Of a stretch of DNA of 17,558 nucleotides, positions 7,448-15,320 are shown in pieces (positions within the stretch are counted from its first letter, which is position 1; the number at the start of each line of letters is the position of its first letter). Made by a program: the position numbers and the translations under genes. Location: positions 1-17,558 of the forward strand of contig CAVTUQ010000041.1 of the NCBI GenBank assembly GCA_963737905.1, written 5' to 3'. The notes under the pieces are model-generated. The model was not told the DNA's origin, ran no database searches, and saw only the letters and a list, made by a program, of their open reading frames with translations. Origin of the DNA: an uncultured delta proteobacterium (lineage in GTDB: Bacteria > Desulfobacterota > Binatia > UBA9968).

Positions 7448-8455
7448 TCAACTCTTACGCTTCTCCATCGTTATCTTCTCGATTTCCTGCAACAAAGAAA
7501 GATCAACAAAATCTTTTGGCTGGAATTGCTTTGCCTTGGGCTCTTTTTCCGCCAGGAAGTCGAGCGCAGCCTGAATTCCCTCCACAGTCGGGTAAGGTGG
7601 TGTTTTAAACAGCGGCTGGCCGACTTTATAACTGTAATCCAAAACCACCGTATCCGTAGTGCTCATGTACTTAGAAAGGGTTTTCAGGGTAAAAGCTTTG
7701 TCGGCTTTGATCCGCTCGATAGCGGCGTTGTAAGCCCTCAACACCTTCAGCGTGGTGGCACGATTTTTCTCGATATATCGTCTGGTTGTCGCCAGGCTGG
7801 TGTGCTGGAACGAGATCCCGATTTGCGGCAGATAGGCGAGCTCTTTAAAACCGGCTCGGATCGCCATCATGTTGGTTGGTGGAGACAGCACGCCGCCCTG
7901 AAGGGCTCCAGAGGCCATCGCCGGCAAAATCTCCGGGACGCCGCGCATCTGCAGGATGCTGACCTCGCTGTCCGCCTTGAGCCCCCACTTTTTGAGCGCC
8001 AGACGCAGCGCAAAGTCCGTGGCCGAACCGAAGGTGCTGATGCCGATTTTTTTACCGCGGAGGTCTTCCGGCTTGTCAATTCCTTTAGCAGTGATGATGG
8101 AGAAGAAGGGCTGATTCACCAGCCCGGCGACGATCACGGTATCGACTCCAGTCAAACCCGCAGCGACGAGCGCGCCGCCGTAGATCTGTACGAAGGGAAC
8201 TTCGCCGCTCACCAGGGCCGACATCGTTTGCGGCCCGCCGCGGATGTAGATCAACTCGGCGGGCACTCCTTCGCGGGCGAAATAGCCGCCATCGTGGGCG
8301 ACCCAGGTTGGCAGTGAGGCGACGCTAGCCGCGCCGACGGCGATGCGGACGGGCTGAGCTAAGGTGGGGCTGTGCCATCCCGAGACGAGTATGATGCTCG
8401 CGACCATCAAGCATAGCAAGAAAACTTTGAATGGCTTCCGCTTGGGTCTCGTCAT
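7448..8455 (-). CDS. NitT/TauT (NMT1/SsuA-like) ABC substrate-binding protein
   Basis: Signal peptide MTRPKRKPFKVFLLCLMVASIILVSG...TLA-Q; WVAHDGGYFAREG, EDLRGKKIGISTFGSATD, PKDFVDLSLLQEIE. Start at ATG 8455 behind AGAGGAG; the ORF track starts at 8515. Confidence 0.9.
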   Translation of the reverse strand: MTRPKRKPFKVFLLCLMVASIILVSGWHSPTLAQPVRIAVGAASVASLPTWVAHDGGYFAREGVPAELIYIRGGPQTMSALVSGEVPFVQIYGGALVAAGLTGVDTVIVAGLVNQPFFSIITAKGIDKPEDLRGKKIGISTFGSATDFALRLALKKWGLKADSEVSILQMRGVPEILPAMASGALQGGVLSPPTNMMAIRAGFKELAYLPQIGISFQHTSLATTRRYIEKNRATTLKVLRAYNAAIERIKADKAFTLKTLSKYMSTTDTVVLDYSYKVGQPLFKTPPYPTVEGIQAALDFLAEKEPKAKQFQPKDFVDLSLLQEIEKITMEKRKS

Positions 8456-8511
8456 AACCGCGTCTCCTCTTAACTCATTGGAGTATTGAAATGCCCGAGT
8501 ATTGTTTCTTT

Positions 8512-10623
8512 TCACGGAACTTGCATCACCAAATTCATAAATGGATCCACCAAGACCTTGTGGTCGGGTGGCACCAAGGTCGTGGTAAAAGGCAGCTCGA
8601 TCACGGCCGGGCCTTTCACCGCCGCGCCGACCCCGAGACGCTCGTAATCGTACACCGGTGTGTCGATGAACTTCCGGTCGGGCCGGGTGAAAAAGATCTC
8701 TCGTTTACCTTTGCGCGCGGTTTTGATGTCGCTCTTCTTCTTACGGCTTGCGCTGAGTCTCGGCTTGGCGACTTTGCCCACCGCGTCGACGCGGATCTCG
8801 CTGATCTCGATGCCTGCTTTTGTGTAGCCCGCCCCGACGCCATAGAGCTCTTCGTATTTTTTCTCGAAGGCGCTTTGCATTTCCGCCATGCGCTTGGCGT
8901 TGAAGCGTTCCCAGCTCACCGGCATTTCCACGCCGGCGGTCTGACGCCGATAGCGCATCGTGAAGAAGCGGCGGAACTCCACTTCATTGGGCTTGAAGCC
9001 CTCTCCCGTCATCGCGGTTTTCATTTCCGACTCAATCGCATCGAGTCGCCGGTTTATCGGTGTCGGATCGGCCGGGAGAATGTATTGACAGCTCATGACC
9101 TTTGTGCGGATCACATCGGCGGCCGCAGCTCCGAACGCGGAGAATACCGGTGAGGTGGCGAAAATGTAAATCTGCTTGATGCCTAGTTCCGCAGCGAATC
9201 CGGAGGCGTGAACCGGTCCGGCGCCGCCGAAGGCGTAGATGACGAATTCTTCCGGCAAATAACCCGTGCGCACGACCTGGCGACGAATGAGATCCGACAT
9301 TTTGGCGTTGACGATGTCGTAAATGCCGGCAGCGGCTTCGTGCACCTTCAATTTCAGGGGCCGGGCGATTTTGTCTTCGATGGCTTTCAGGGATTTTTCC
9401 TTGTTTAAATTTTTTCTACCCCCAAGAAAATAATTCGGGTCGATGATGCCCATAGCGAGGTCTGCATCCGTCACAGTCACTTGCTCGCCGCCGGCGTCGT
9501 AACAGACCGGCCCAGGGCTGGCGCCCGCGCTTCGTGGTCCAACCAGGAGTCTGCCAGTTTCCGGCTCAACGAGCGCAATGGTGCCGCCACCGGCGCCGAT
9601 GGACTCGTTGTCGATGATCGGCTGCAGCATCCGGAAGCGCTCGACGATGGGTTCCTGGGCATAGCGCCAGTAACCTTCGGTGATGAGGCCTACATCGAAG
9701 CTCGTCCCACCCATATCGGTGGTGATGACGTTCTGATGCTTGAGAAGACCGGCGACATAGGCGGAGGCGATCATACCACCCGCCGGGCCGGACTGAAGAT
9801 TGGCGATGGCGCTCACATGCTCGCGGTGAGCGACGCCGCCGTTCCCTTGCATGATCAAGAGCGGTCCCTGGAGTCCGCCACTCTGAAGTTTGGATTCAAG
9901 GCCCTTTAGGTAGCGCTCGACCGTCGGTCCTAAATAGCTATTGAGGATGGCGGTGTTCGCGCGCGCGTATTCACCGGCCACCTGGGAGAGCGAGCTGCCG
10001 ATGGACCAGTACACCTTTCTGTGCGAATCCGCCTCGGCGGTAAGGGCGCGAATTTCCTCTTCGTGTTTTGGATTGGCCCAGGCGTGCATGAGGCTGACGG
10101 CGATGGCTTCGACTTTATCTTCCTCGATGAGACGCCGAATCGCCTCCATCACGTCGGCGCGATTGAGCGGAACGATCTCGTTGCCCTGGTAATCCATGCG
10201 CTCGCGCACGCCGATGATCCGCTCCCTGGGGACAAAGGGCTCCGGCTTGGTGATCCAGGTGACGTGCTTAATCTCGTCGGCGGATAGTCCGTCCACGCGG
10301 CCGATGGCACGCATGATCTCGGTGGTATCTTCGAATCCTTTGGTAGTGATGAAACCAACTTTGCAGCCGCTATGCGTAATGAGAGCGTTGGTGGCTACGG
10401 TGCTGCCGTGTTTGAAGAGTGTGGTGTTGCCGAGAAGGGTCGACGTCTCTATGCCGGCGGTGCGCGCCGCCTCGTCCACGGCGTCCATGACGCCCCGGGA
10501 AAAATCGTCCGGCGTGGTGGAGGCCTTGGCTGTCCAGACCTCCCCGGCGTTACTCAACACGACGACATCGGTAAATGTTCCGCCGGTATCTACGCCAATA
10601 ATGTACTGAGCTTTCGATGCCAT
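8512..10623 (-). CDS. Hydantoinase A/oxoprolinase family ATP-binding subunit (N-methylhydantoinase A / acetone carboxylase beta-like)
   Basis: 703 aa; GVDTGGTFTD, KASTTPDD, HGSTVATNAL, EYARANTAILNSY, SGPAGG, TDMGGTSFD, IGAGGG, GPRSAGASPGPVCY, FGGAGPVH, GPAVIE; AAGGGGG RBS. Confidence 0.95.
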   Translation of the reverse strand: MASKAQYIIGVDTGGTFTDVVVLSNAGEVWTAKASTTPDDFSRGVMDAVDEAARTAGIETSTLLGNTTLFKHGSTVATNALITHSGCKVGFITTKGFEDTTEIMRAIGRVDGLSADEIKHVTWITKPEPFVPRERIIGVRERMDYQGNEIVPLNRADVMEAIRRLIEEDKVEAIAVSLMHAWANPKHEEEIRALTAEADSHRKVYWSIGSSLSQVAGEYARANTAILNSYLGPTVERYLKGLESKLQSGGLQGPLLIMQGNGGVAHREHVSAIANLQSGPAGGMIASAYVAGLLKHQNVITTDMGGTSFDVGLITEGYWRYAQEPIVERFRMLQPIIDNESIGAGGGTIALVEPETGRLLVGPRSAGASPGPVCYDAGGEQVTVTDADLAMGIIDPNYFLGGRKNLNKEKSLKAIEDKIARPLKLKVHEAAAGIYDIVNAKMSDLIRRQVVRTGYLPEEFVIYAFGGAGPVHASGFAAELGIKQIYIFATSPVFSAFGAAAADVIRTKVMSCQYILPADPTPINRRLDAIESEMKTAMTGEGFKPNEVEFRRFFTMRYRRQTAGVEMPVSWERFNAKRMAEMQSAFEKKYEELYGVGAGYTKAGIEISEIRVDAVGKVAKPRLSASRKKKSDIKTARKGKREIFFTRPDRKFIDTPVYDYERLGVGAAVKGPAVIELPFTTTLVPPDHKVLVDPFMNLVMQVP

Positions 10624-10681
10624 GCTGTCTTTCCCCCTTTTGTACTACTAACGAATGATACGCTTACCACGAGGATCCCGG

Positions 10682-10924
10682 GCGCGGCATAGCCGCAACC
10701 AAAAGAGAGAAGAGGGGAATTCACCGCAGAGAACGCAAAGAACGCAGAGGGTTGAGTTTTGAAATCTGCCCCTACATTTTCTTTGCGTCCTTTGCGGTTA
10801 CATTACCTTCTTTCTTCGTGGTCAAATCTGTGGCTTGGTACCGAACCTCTCCTCGGCCCGATTCTCTATCCTCGATCCTCCATCTTCGATCCGCGTCTCT
10901 GTTTTGTTTGCGGCTCCGTCGCGC
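10682..10924. repeat. Composite nested palindromic (REP/MITE-like) intergenic element
   Basis: Outer inverted repeat 10682-10704 / 10902-10924 (19/23 match); inner inverted repeat 10721-10740 / 10781-10800 (17/20); five degenerate tandem heptamers ATTCTCT ATCCTCG ATCCTCC ATCTTCG ATCCGCG (10861-10895). Confidence 0.7.
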
Positions 10925-13164
10925 TACGGCTCTTGGTAGAAGTCGCAAAGCGGCTGTTTCGAGCTTGGAAACGCGTCGCAAAAGCTATCGACCTGGAGTA
11001 GTGTTGCACAACCAGGGCAGTAGTATTCCAAGTACCCGCCTAAATAGGACTCGCCTGACGGCATAAGACTTTGCGCCAGATCATAGAGGTCGCGTTCGCG
11101 GCGGAGCGCGTAGAGCTTGTAGTTCTGGTGCTTTTGGCAAAAGAGATGCCCGCAGCGGATACAGCGGATCGCCTCGGTTTTACCGTTTCTCACCACGGCG
11201 AGATACTCGTGAAATTTGAGAACTTGTTGCCAAGCCGTCGATTTCCTCACGGCGTCCGATAGACTAAAGGTCGGGCCGGAAAAAGTTTTGCTCTCCCGCA
11301 TCCGCTCTTCCCGGATCTCCTGTCGTCGCTTCTTGGTGGCCGCGCTGTCTGGACCCGGCGAACTTTGATTTAACACGACACCGTAAGTTGTCTCCGCGAT
11401 CCGAGATGACAGAATGCCTCGCCTCACGTCCTTCGCCACCGCGTCAGGCTCGCGTTCGAGAGGATCTCCATAGCCACCGCCACCGGCGACGAAATCTGCC
11501 ACAATCGTAAATTCAGGAAGGTTTACTCTACCTTTAATTTCGGCCGGGTGGGCGACCGTTCCCCAGTTCTCCTGCTCGATTCGATCCGGTTGAATGGGAT
11601 AATGCCCGCTCTTTAAACGCTCTATAAGTGAAGCACCGGCGGTTTGATAGACCGCGCGGATTCCGCCGATGCCAGCGGGATTGCCGCCAAAAAGACCGAC
11701 GCCTTCGGGCAGACAACTGTACGGACGGTAACTAACACTGCAATCTTGTGAGCCGTAGATCATGTAAATGCGAAAGCTGCCGGTTCCGCCATTGAATTTT
11801 CCGGCCCCGCCGCCATCCGGGTGAAAATTGCGAGTAAAGTACAAAAACGGGTACTGCATCTCGATGCGCTCCACGTCGCTGATGCCACCGGAGGGGATGT
11901 TCATATTGCCGCCGCAATGAACACCGTCGCGCGTGGGCGTGGCGCCGAGACCGGCCCCATGACCGTCGTAAAGACCTTGGGCGACGGGGATGCCGTCGCG
12001 ATTGTGCCCGCCGTAGAAAAACCCCGGGCCTCCCGTGTACCAAATACCCTGCCACGGGGCATTGATGTCCTGATCGCCCGCCGTGTAAAGCATGCGCGCG
12101 ATGCAGTCGCTCACGGCGATTTTCGCCTGAACGCCCACGGCAGGCGCCTCTCCGCACGCGGCAGGAAAAGTGCAATTCAAGATGCTTCCTTCGGGGACGT
12201 GAATTTTGACCGGCCGAAGCCGGCCGTCGCTCCAGGGCACGTCCCAGAAAAGGAAATCGGTCATGACAACTGCAATTTGAGCGATGGTTCCAGCCAAAGT
12301 TGAATTGGTACTGTCAGTCATTTCGCCGCTGGTGCCCGTGAAGTCCAGCAACAGATCTTCACCTTTCTTACTCATGGCGCAGACGATCTGGTACTCTTTG
12401 ACTTTGCCGTCACGCCTGTCCCACGCCGTGCCGAAGACCCGTGAAAACCATTTGCCGTCGGGAAGTTTTCGTAGGCGCGCCCGAGCAAGCCGCTCGGAGT
12501 CGGCGATCATTTTGGCTCCCGCTTGCCCGACGAAATCGAGGCCGAGTTTTTCGATCAGCTCGTTGTAACGCTTGGCGCAGACATTATTGGAGGCGATCTG
12601 CGATTTAAGATCGAGGCCCACATATTCCGGATCGCGACATTGCTGAGTGAGGCTCCGGAATACGTCTTCGCGAAACTCACCTTTCTCAACAAGTTTCAGT
12701 CCCTGAATGCGGATGCCTTCATGGTAGACTTCGCTGGCAAGGCCGCGCAAAACCCCGCCGGTGTCGGCGGTGTGAATGCTCGATGAGACCCATGCCACCA
12801 GCCGGTTGCGGTAAAAGACCGGCTTGATGATCATCATGTCAAAGGTGTGAGCACCGGCGATATACGGGTCATTGAAGAAAAACTGATCGCCATCGAAAAA
12901 GCCCGGGCTTTTTGAAAACCACTCAATGAGTTTTTTGATCGCGTCGGAAGTGGCGGCGGCAAATCTCAGGTGACCGGAACAAGCAAGGATCATCGTGCCT
13001 TTCGCGGTATAGAACGAGGCCATGCACTCGCCGCCTTGCGATACGATCGGCGAGGCGGTCACTCGCTGGATGGAGCTCCTGCCCTCTTCGCCGATCGCCC
13101 AGAGGCGATGCAGGAACGTTTCATATTTAACCGGATTGAGCCGGAGATTTTTGGCCCGTGTCAT
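10924..13164 (-). CDS. Hydantoinase B/oxoprolinase (acetone carboxylase alpha-like) subunit with fused C-terminal gamma-like Zn domain (copy 2)
   Basis: FFNDPYIAGAHTFD, IHTADTGG, LDFTGTS, ERIEMQYPFLY, GGGGYGDPLEREP; C-terminal IRCIRCGHLFC...YCPGCATLLQVD. Start chosen at ATG 13164 to match the length of copy 1; TTG 13197 in the ORF track is an alternative. Confidence 0.92.
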   Translation of the reverse strand: MTRAKNLRLNPVKYETFLHRLWAIGEEGRSSIQRVTASPIVSQGGECMASFYTAKGTMILACSGHLRFAAATSDAIKKLIEWFSKSPGFFDGDQFFFNDPYIAGAHTFDMMIIKPVFYRNRLVAWVSSSIHTADTGGVLRGLASEVYHEGIRIQGLKLVEKGEFREDVFRSLTQQCRDPEYVGLDLKSQIASNNVCAKRYNELIEKLGLDFVGQAGAKMIADSERLARARLRKLPDGKWFSRVFGTAWDRRDGKVKEYQIVCAMSKKGEDLLLDFTGTSGEMTDSTNSTLAGTIAQIAVVMTDFLFWDVPWSDGRLRPVKIHVPEGSILNCTFPAACGEAPAVGVQAKIAVSDCIARMLYTAGDQDINAPWQGIWYTGGPGFFYGGHNRDGIPVAQGLYDGHGAGLGATPTRDGVHCGGNMNIPSGGISDVERIEMQYPFLYFTRNFHPDGGGAGKFNGGTGSFRIYMIYGSQDCSVSYRPYSCLPEGVGLFGGNPAGIGGIRAVYQTAGASLIERLKSGHYPIQPDRIEQENWGTVAHPAEIKGRVNLPEFTIVADFVAGGGGYGDPLEREPDAVAKDVRRGILSSRIAETTYGVVLNQSSPGPDSAATKKRRQEIREERMRESKTFSGPTFSLSDAVRKSTAWQQVLKFHEYLAVVRNGKTEAIRCIRCGHLFCQKHQNYKLYALRRERDLYDLAQSLMPSGESYLGGYLEYYCPGCATLLQVDSFCDAFPSSKQPLCDFYQEP

Positions 13165-13247
13165 GCTGAAAATTGCTTCTATCGCTGAATCGTTCAATCT
13201 CTTTGCGTCGATTACCCTCAGTTAAGTGAATGGTCTCTGCGAGGTCC

Positions 13248-13322
13248 GTCATTCCCGCATGCTTTAAGCGGGAATCCAGGCGGGCTCGCAACTGGACTCC
13301 CGATAAAGACATTCGGAGGTGA
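13248..13322. repeat. REP-like palindromic element of the GTCATTCCCGC...GCGGGAATCCA type
   Basis: ATTCCCGC-atgctttaa-GCGGGAAT hairpin (13251-13275) followed by a degenerate inverted partner CTGGACTCCCGATAAAGACATTCGGAGGTGA. Confidence 0.7.
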
Positions 13323-13476
13323 GGCCTTGAAGATAATTCATGACATAGTTTTGATACCCTTAGCTTGCTGCGGGATTGTTCAAGTTCCGTTTTACCTCGG
13401 ATTTCGGATTTCTGCCGGCAGGCTTACCAGAGCCTTTTGGTCAGCAAACGAGTGAACGAAAGATATTCTTCAAATT

Positions 13477-13505
13477 GAAATATGGGAGGGGCGATTGGAT
13501 GTCAA
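13477..13505 (-). promoter_or_regulatory. Candidate sigma70 promoter for the minus-strand hydantoinase-like cluster
   Basis: Perfect TTGACA on the minus strand (13505-13500), 17-nt spacer, imperfect -10 TATTTC (13482-13477), in the AT-richer intergenic gap. Confidence 0.35.
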
Positions 13506-13646
13506 GGGAAGTAAACTATCGGACCACCGAAGAACAGATCTATTTTACTATCATCCCTTGGTAATAAAATTTGGATGTAGGTTCCGACCGCTGTGGGCTC
13601 GGATTCTATTCTATCGCCAGTGGGACGATCGGGCCGTCGCCTTTTT

Positions 13647-14144
13647 TCACGTGATGGGGACGCCCAGGCGGATTGGACGGGGAGGGCCATTCTTCGGAAT
13701 CGTGACTTCGACCCAGAGCTCTTCACCTTCTTGACGTCGCGAGGGATCGGGAATGTGCTCCGTAATGAAGAACGCCACCGGTTCGGCGAGCACCGCCAAT
13801 TTTTCGCCGCGACCTTCGATGAACCGCAAGTGCAAAGCAGAAGGATCATAATCGGGCCGCGACGCGTTCGCTTCGGCTACCAGCCGGTCACCTTCGACCT
13901 GCAGATGGATCGACTGCCGCGCCTGCGATGCCGATCCCGGTTTGGTTTCGAGAATCCCGCGCGGCTCGACGATGAGTTGTAGGCTGACGTAGCGACCGCG
14001 TATCGGCAGGTTGGGGTCATACGGAGCGGCGAGCGTCCACACGCGGGGAAGGGTTGCACGATCATAGAGCAGTTTAGCGCCCAGCGACGCTACCAAGCCC
14101 ACGTGCACCGCGGCGAGCACCAAACCCTTGATCAATGGTGTCAT
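13647..14144 (-). CDS. GDYXXLXY-family membrane-anchored protein, possibly C-terminally truncated
   Basis: N-terminal TM helix; APYDPNLPIRGRYVSLQL matches the P.DP....RG(D/R)Y..L.Y motif; start overlaps the DUF2157 stop (ATGA), the usual partner arrangement. Confidence 0.75.
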   Translation of the reverse strand: MTPLIKGLVLAAVHVGLVASLGAKLLYDRATLPRVWTLAAPYDPNLPIRGRYVSLQLIVEPRGILETKPGSASQARQSIHLQVEGDRLVAEANASRPDYDPSALHLRFIEGRGEKLAVLAEPVAFFITEHIPDPSRRQEGEELWVEVTIPKNGPPRPIRLGVPIT

Positions 14145-15295
14145 GAGTTACTTCTCTCCAGCCTGGCGACGAGACGGCGGCGCGTTCTCTCCAAAAGCCA
14201 TCCGCCCAGGAGAAACAGCAAGCCCAACCCGATCAGGCTTGCCGAGCGGCCGAGCTTATCCATCACGTTGGAGAAGTAGAAAAAAAGAACAGTCAGAGCG
14301 AATCCTGCCACACCTAAATTGATCCGCTCCTTGCGTGCTTCCTTCAAACCCCACGCGATCAGTCCGATGGAACCGAGCACACACATTCCGTACGGCCCCA
14401 GCTCGCGCCAGACATAAAGCAACAGACTTTCGTTCGGTTGAGACGGCAGGCTTGTTGTACCCAGCGCGACAACCCAAAGGGCCGCGATGAAATTTATCCA
14501 TGAAGCGCCACGCCGCAGTATCCAAGCCACCGCCAGCGGTAATGACAGTGCAACTATCCAGCCTAACTCTCGCGCAACGCCTGACGGCGAAAACTGACGC
14601 CAATCGCTGTGTGATCCAGAGACAATCACGAAAAACACAGACGGAATCAGCGCCAGCCCGCCAATCCATGCCAATGCCTTTCGTACCGGTGTTTCCTTTT
14701 CCGGCAGAAGCGCGGTCAGGTAGGTAATGGCCAATAGCAATAGACCCTCGGCCAGAATCTTGTCCCTCCGGATCCAGCCGCCCGTTGTCTCGAGCCATTC
14801 ACCGCTGAGCCACATCGGCGTAAGCAAAGCCGCGAGCGCCGCTTGTGGCCAATTGCGCAACAGCCCGTAGGCCACCCAGGCTCCGAGCGCCCAGAGCAGA
14901 AGGCCTGCAGGCCAGTGCTCCTGGAGATTAAAAATTTGTCCCGCAAGGAAAATGCCCGCGCCCAACGAGATCGTGCCGACGGCGTGGAGTGTAGTGGAGA
15001 GAACGGGGAAGCGTTCAGCTGCAAACGCGCCTGCGACGTGAAAAAGTGAACCAGCAGCGAGAACGAGCCCGAAGCGCTCACCCGGAGACAAAGTGTCCCA
15101 GTGTGCCGCGACAAACAGCAGCACGCCTGCGCCCAGCAGCAATCCGCCTAGACTGATTGCAAACACCACCGGCCAGCGCAGCCCCTGGGTCTTTTCCTGC
15201 TCCGCCTCGTAGGCGCGTACGCGCTCAGCCGTGGACGGTTCAATCAGACCGGCAGCCGTCCATCGTTCAAGATATCGTTGCCAGCGCCCAGCCAA
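14141..15295 (-). CDS. DUF2157 domain membrane protein
   Basis: 384 aa; LERWTAAGLIEPSTAERVRAYE, LGGLLLGAGVLLFVAAHWDTLS, LGAGIFLAGQIFNL are typical of DUF2157; many TM helices; TTG start with GGAG upstream. Confidence 0.85.
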   Translation of the reverse strand: MAGRWQRYLERWTAAGLIEPSTAERVRAYEAEQEKTQGLRWPVVFAISLGGLLLGAGVLLFVAAHWDTLSPGERFGLVLAAGSLFHVAGAFAAERFPVLSTTLHAVGTISLGAGIFLAGQIFNLQEHWPAGLLLWALGAWVAYGLLRNWPQAALAALLTPMWLSGEWLETTGGWIRRDKILAEGLLLLAITYLTALLPEKETPVRKALAWIGGLALIPSVFFVIVSGSHSDWRQFSPSGVARELGWIVALSLPLAVAWILRRGASWINFIAALWVVALGTTSLPSQPNESLLLYVWRELGPYGMCVLGSIGLIAWGLKEARKERINLGVAGFALTVLFFYFSNVMDKLGRSASLIGLGLLFLLGGWLLERTRRRLVARLERSNS

Positions 15296-15320
15296 CTTCT
15301 CCAGCTCTCAGAACTTGAGT

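Noticed and set aside
7436-8317. 293-aa plus-strand ORF
   Set aside because: Antisense shadow of the well-supported binding-protein gene; no recognisable motifs.
10721-10895. Possible CRISPR array
   Set aside because: Repeats are inverted or short tandem units without unique regular spacers; no cas genes.
10752-11066. Small ORFs over the HydB2-HydA spacer (10752-11066, 10759-11001, 10772-10981)
   Set aside because: They are translations of the palindromic and heptamer repeats (FFASFAV, RWRIEDRES) and overlap the HydB2 3' end.
5091-13164. Assigning acxABC, hyuAB, oplAB or apc gene symbols
   Set aside because: Family membership is clear, but the architecture matches none of these exactly and the substrate cannot be read from the sequence.
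13127-13734. Short ORFs in the upstream intergenic region (13127-13312, 13376-13564, 13495-13734)
   Set aside because: No recognisable motifs or convincing RBS; one is a translation of the REP-like palindrome.
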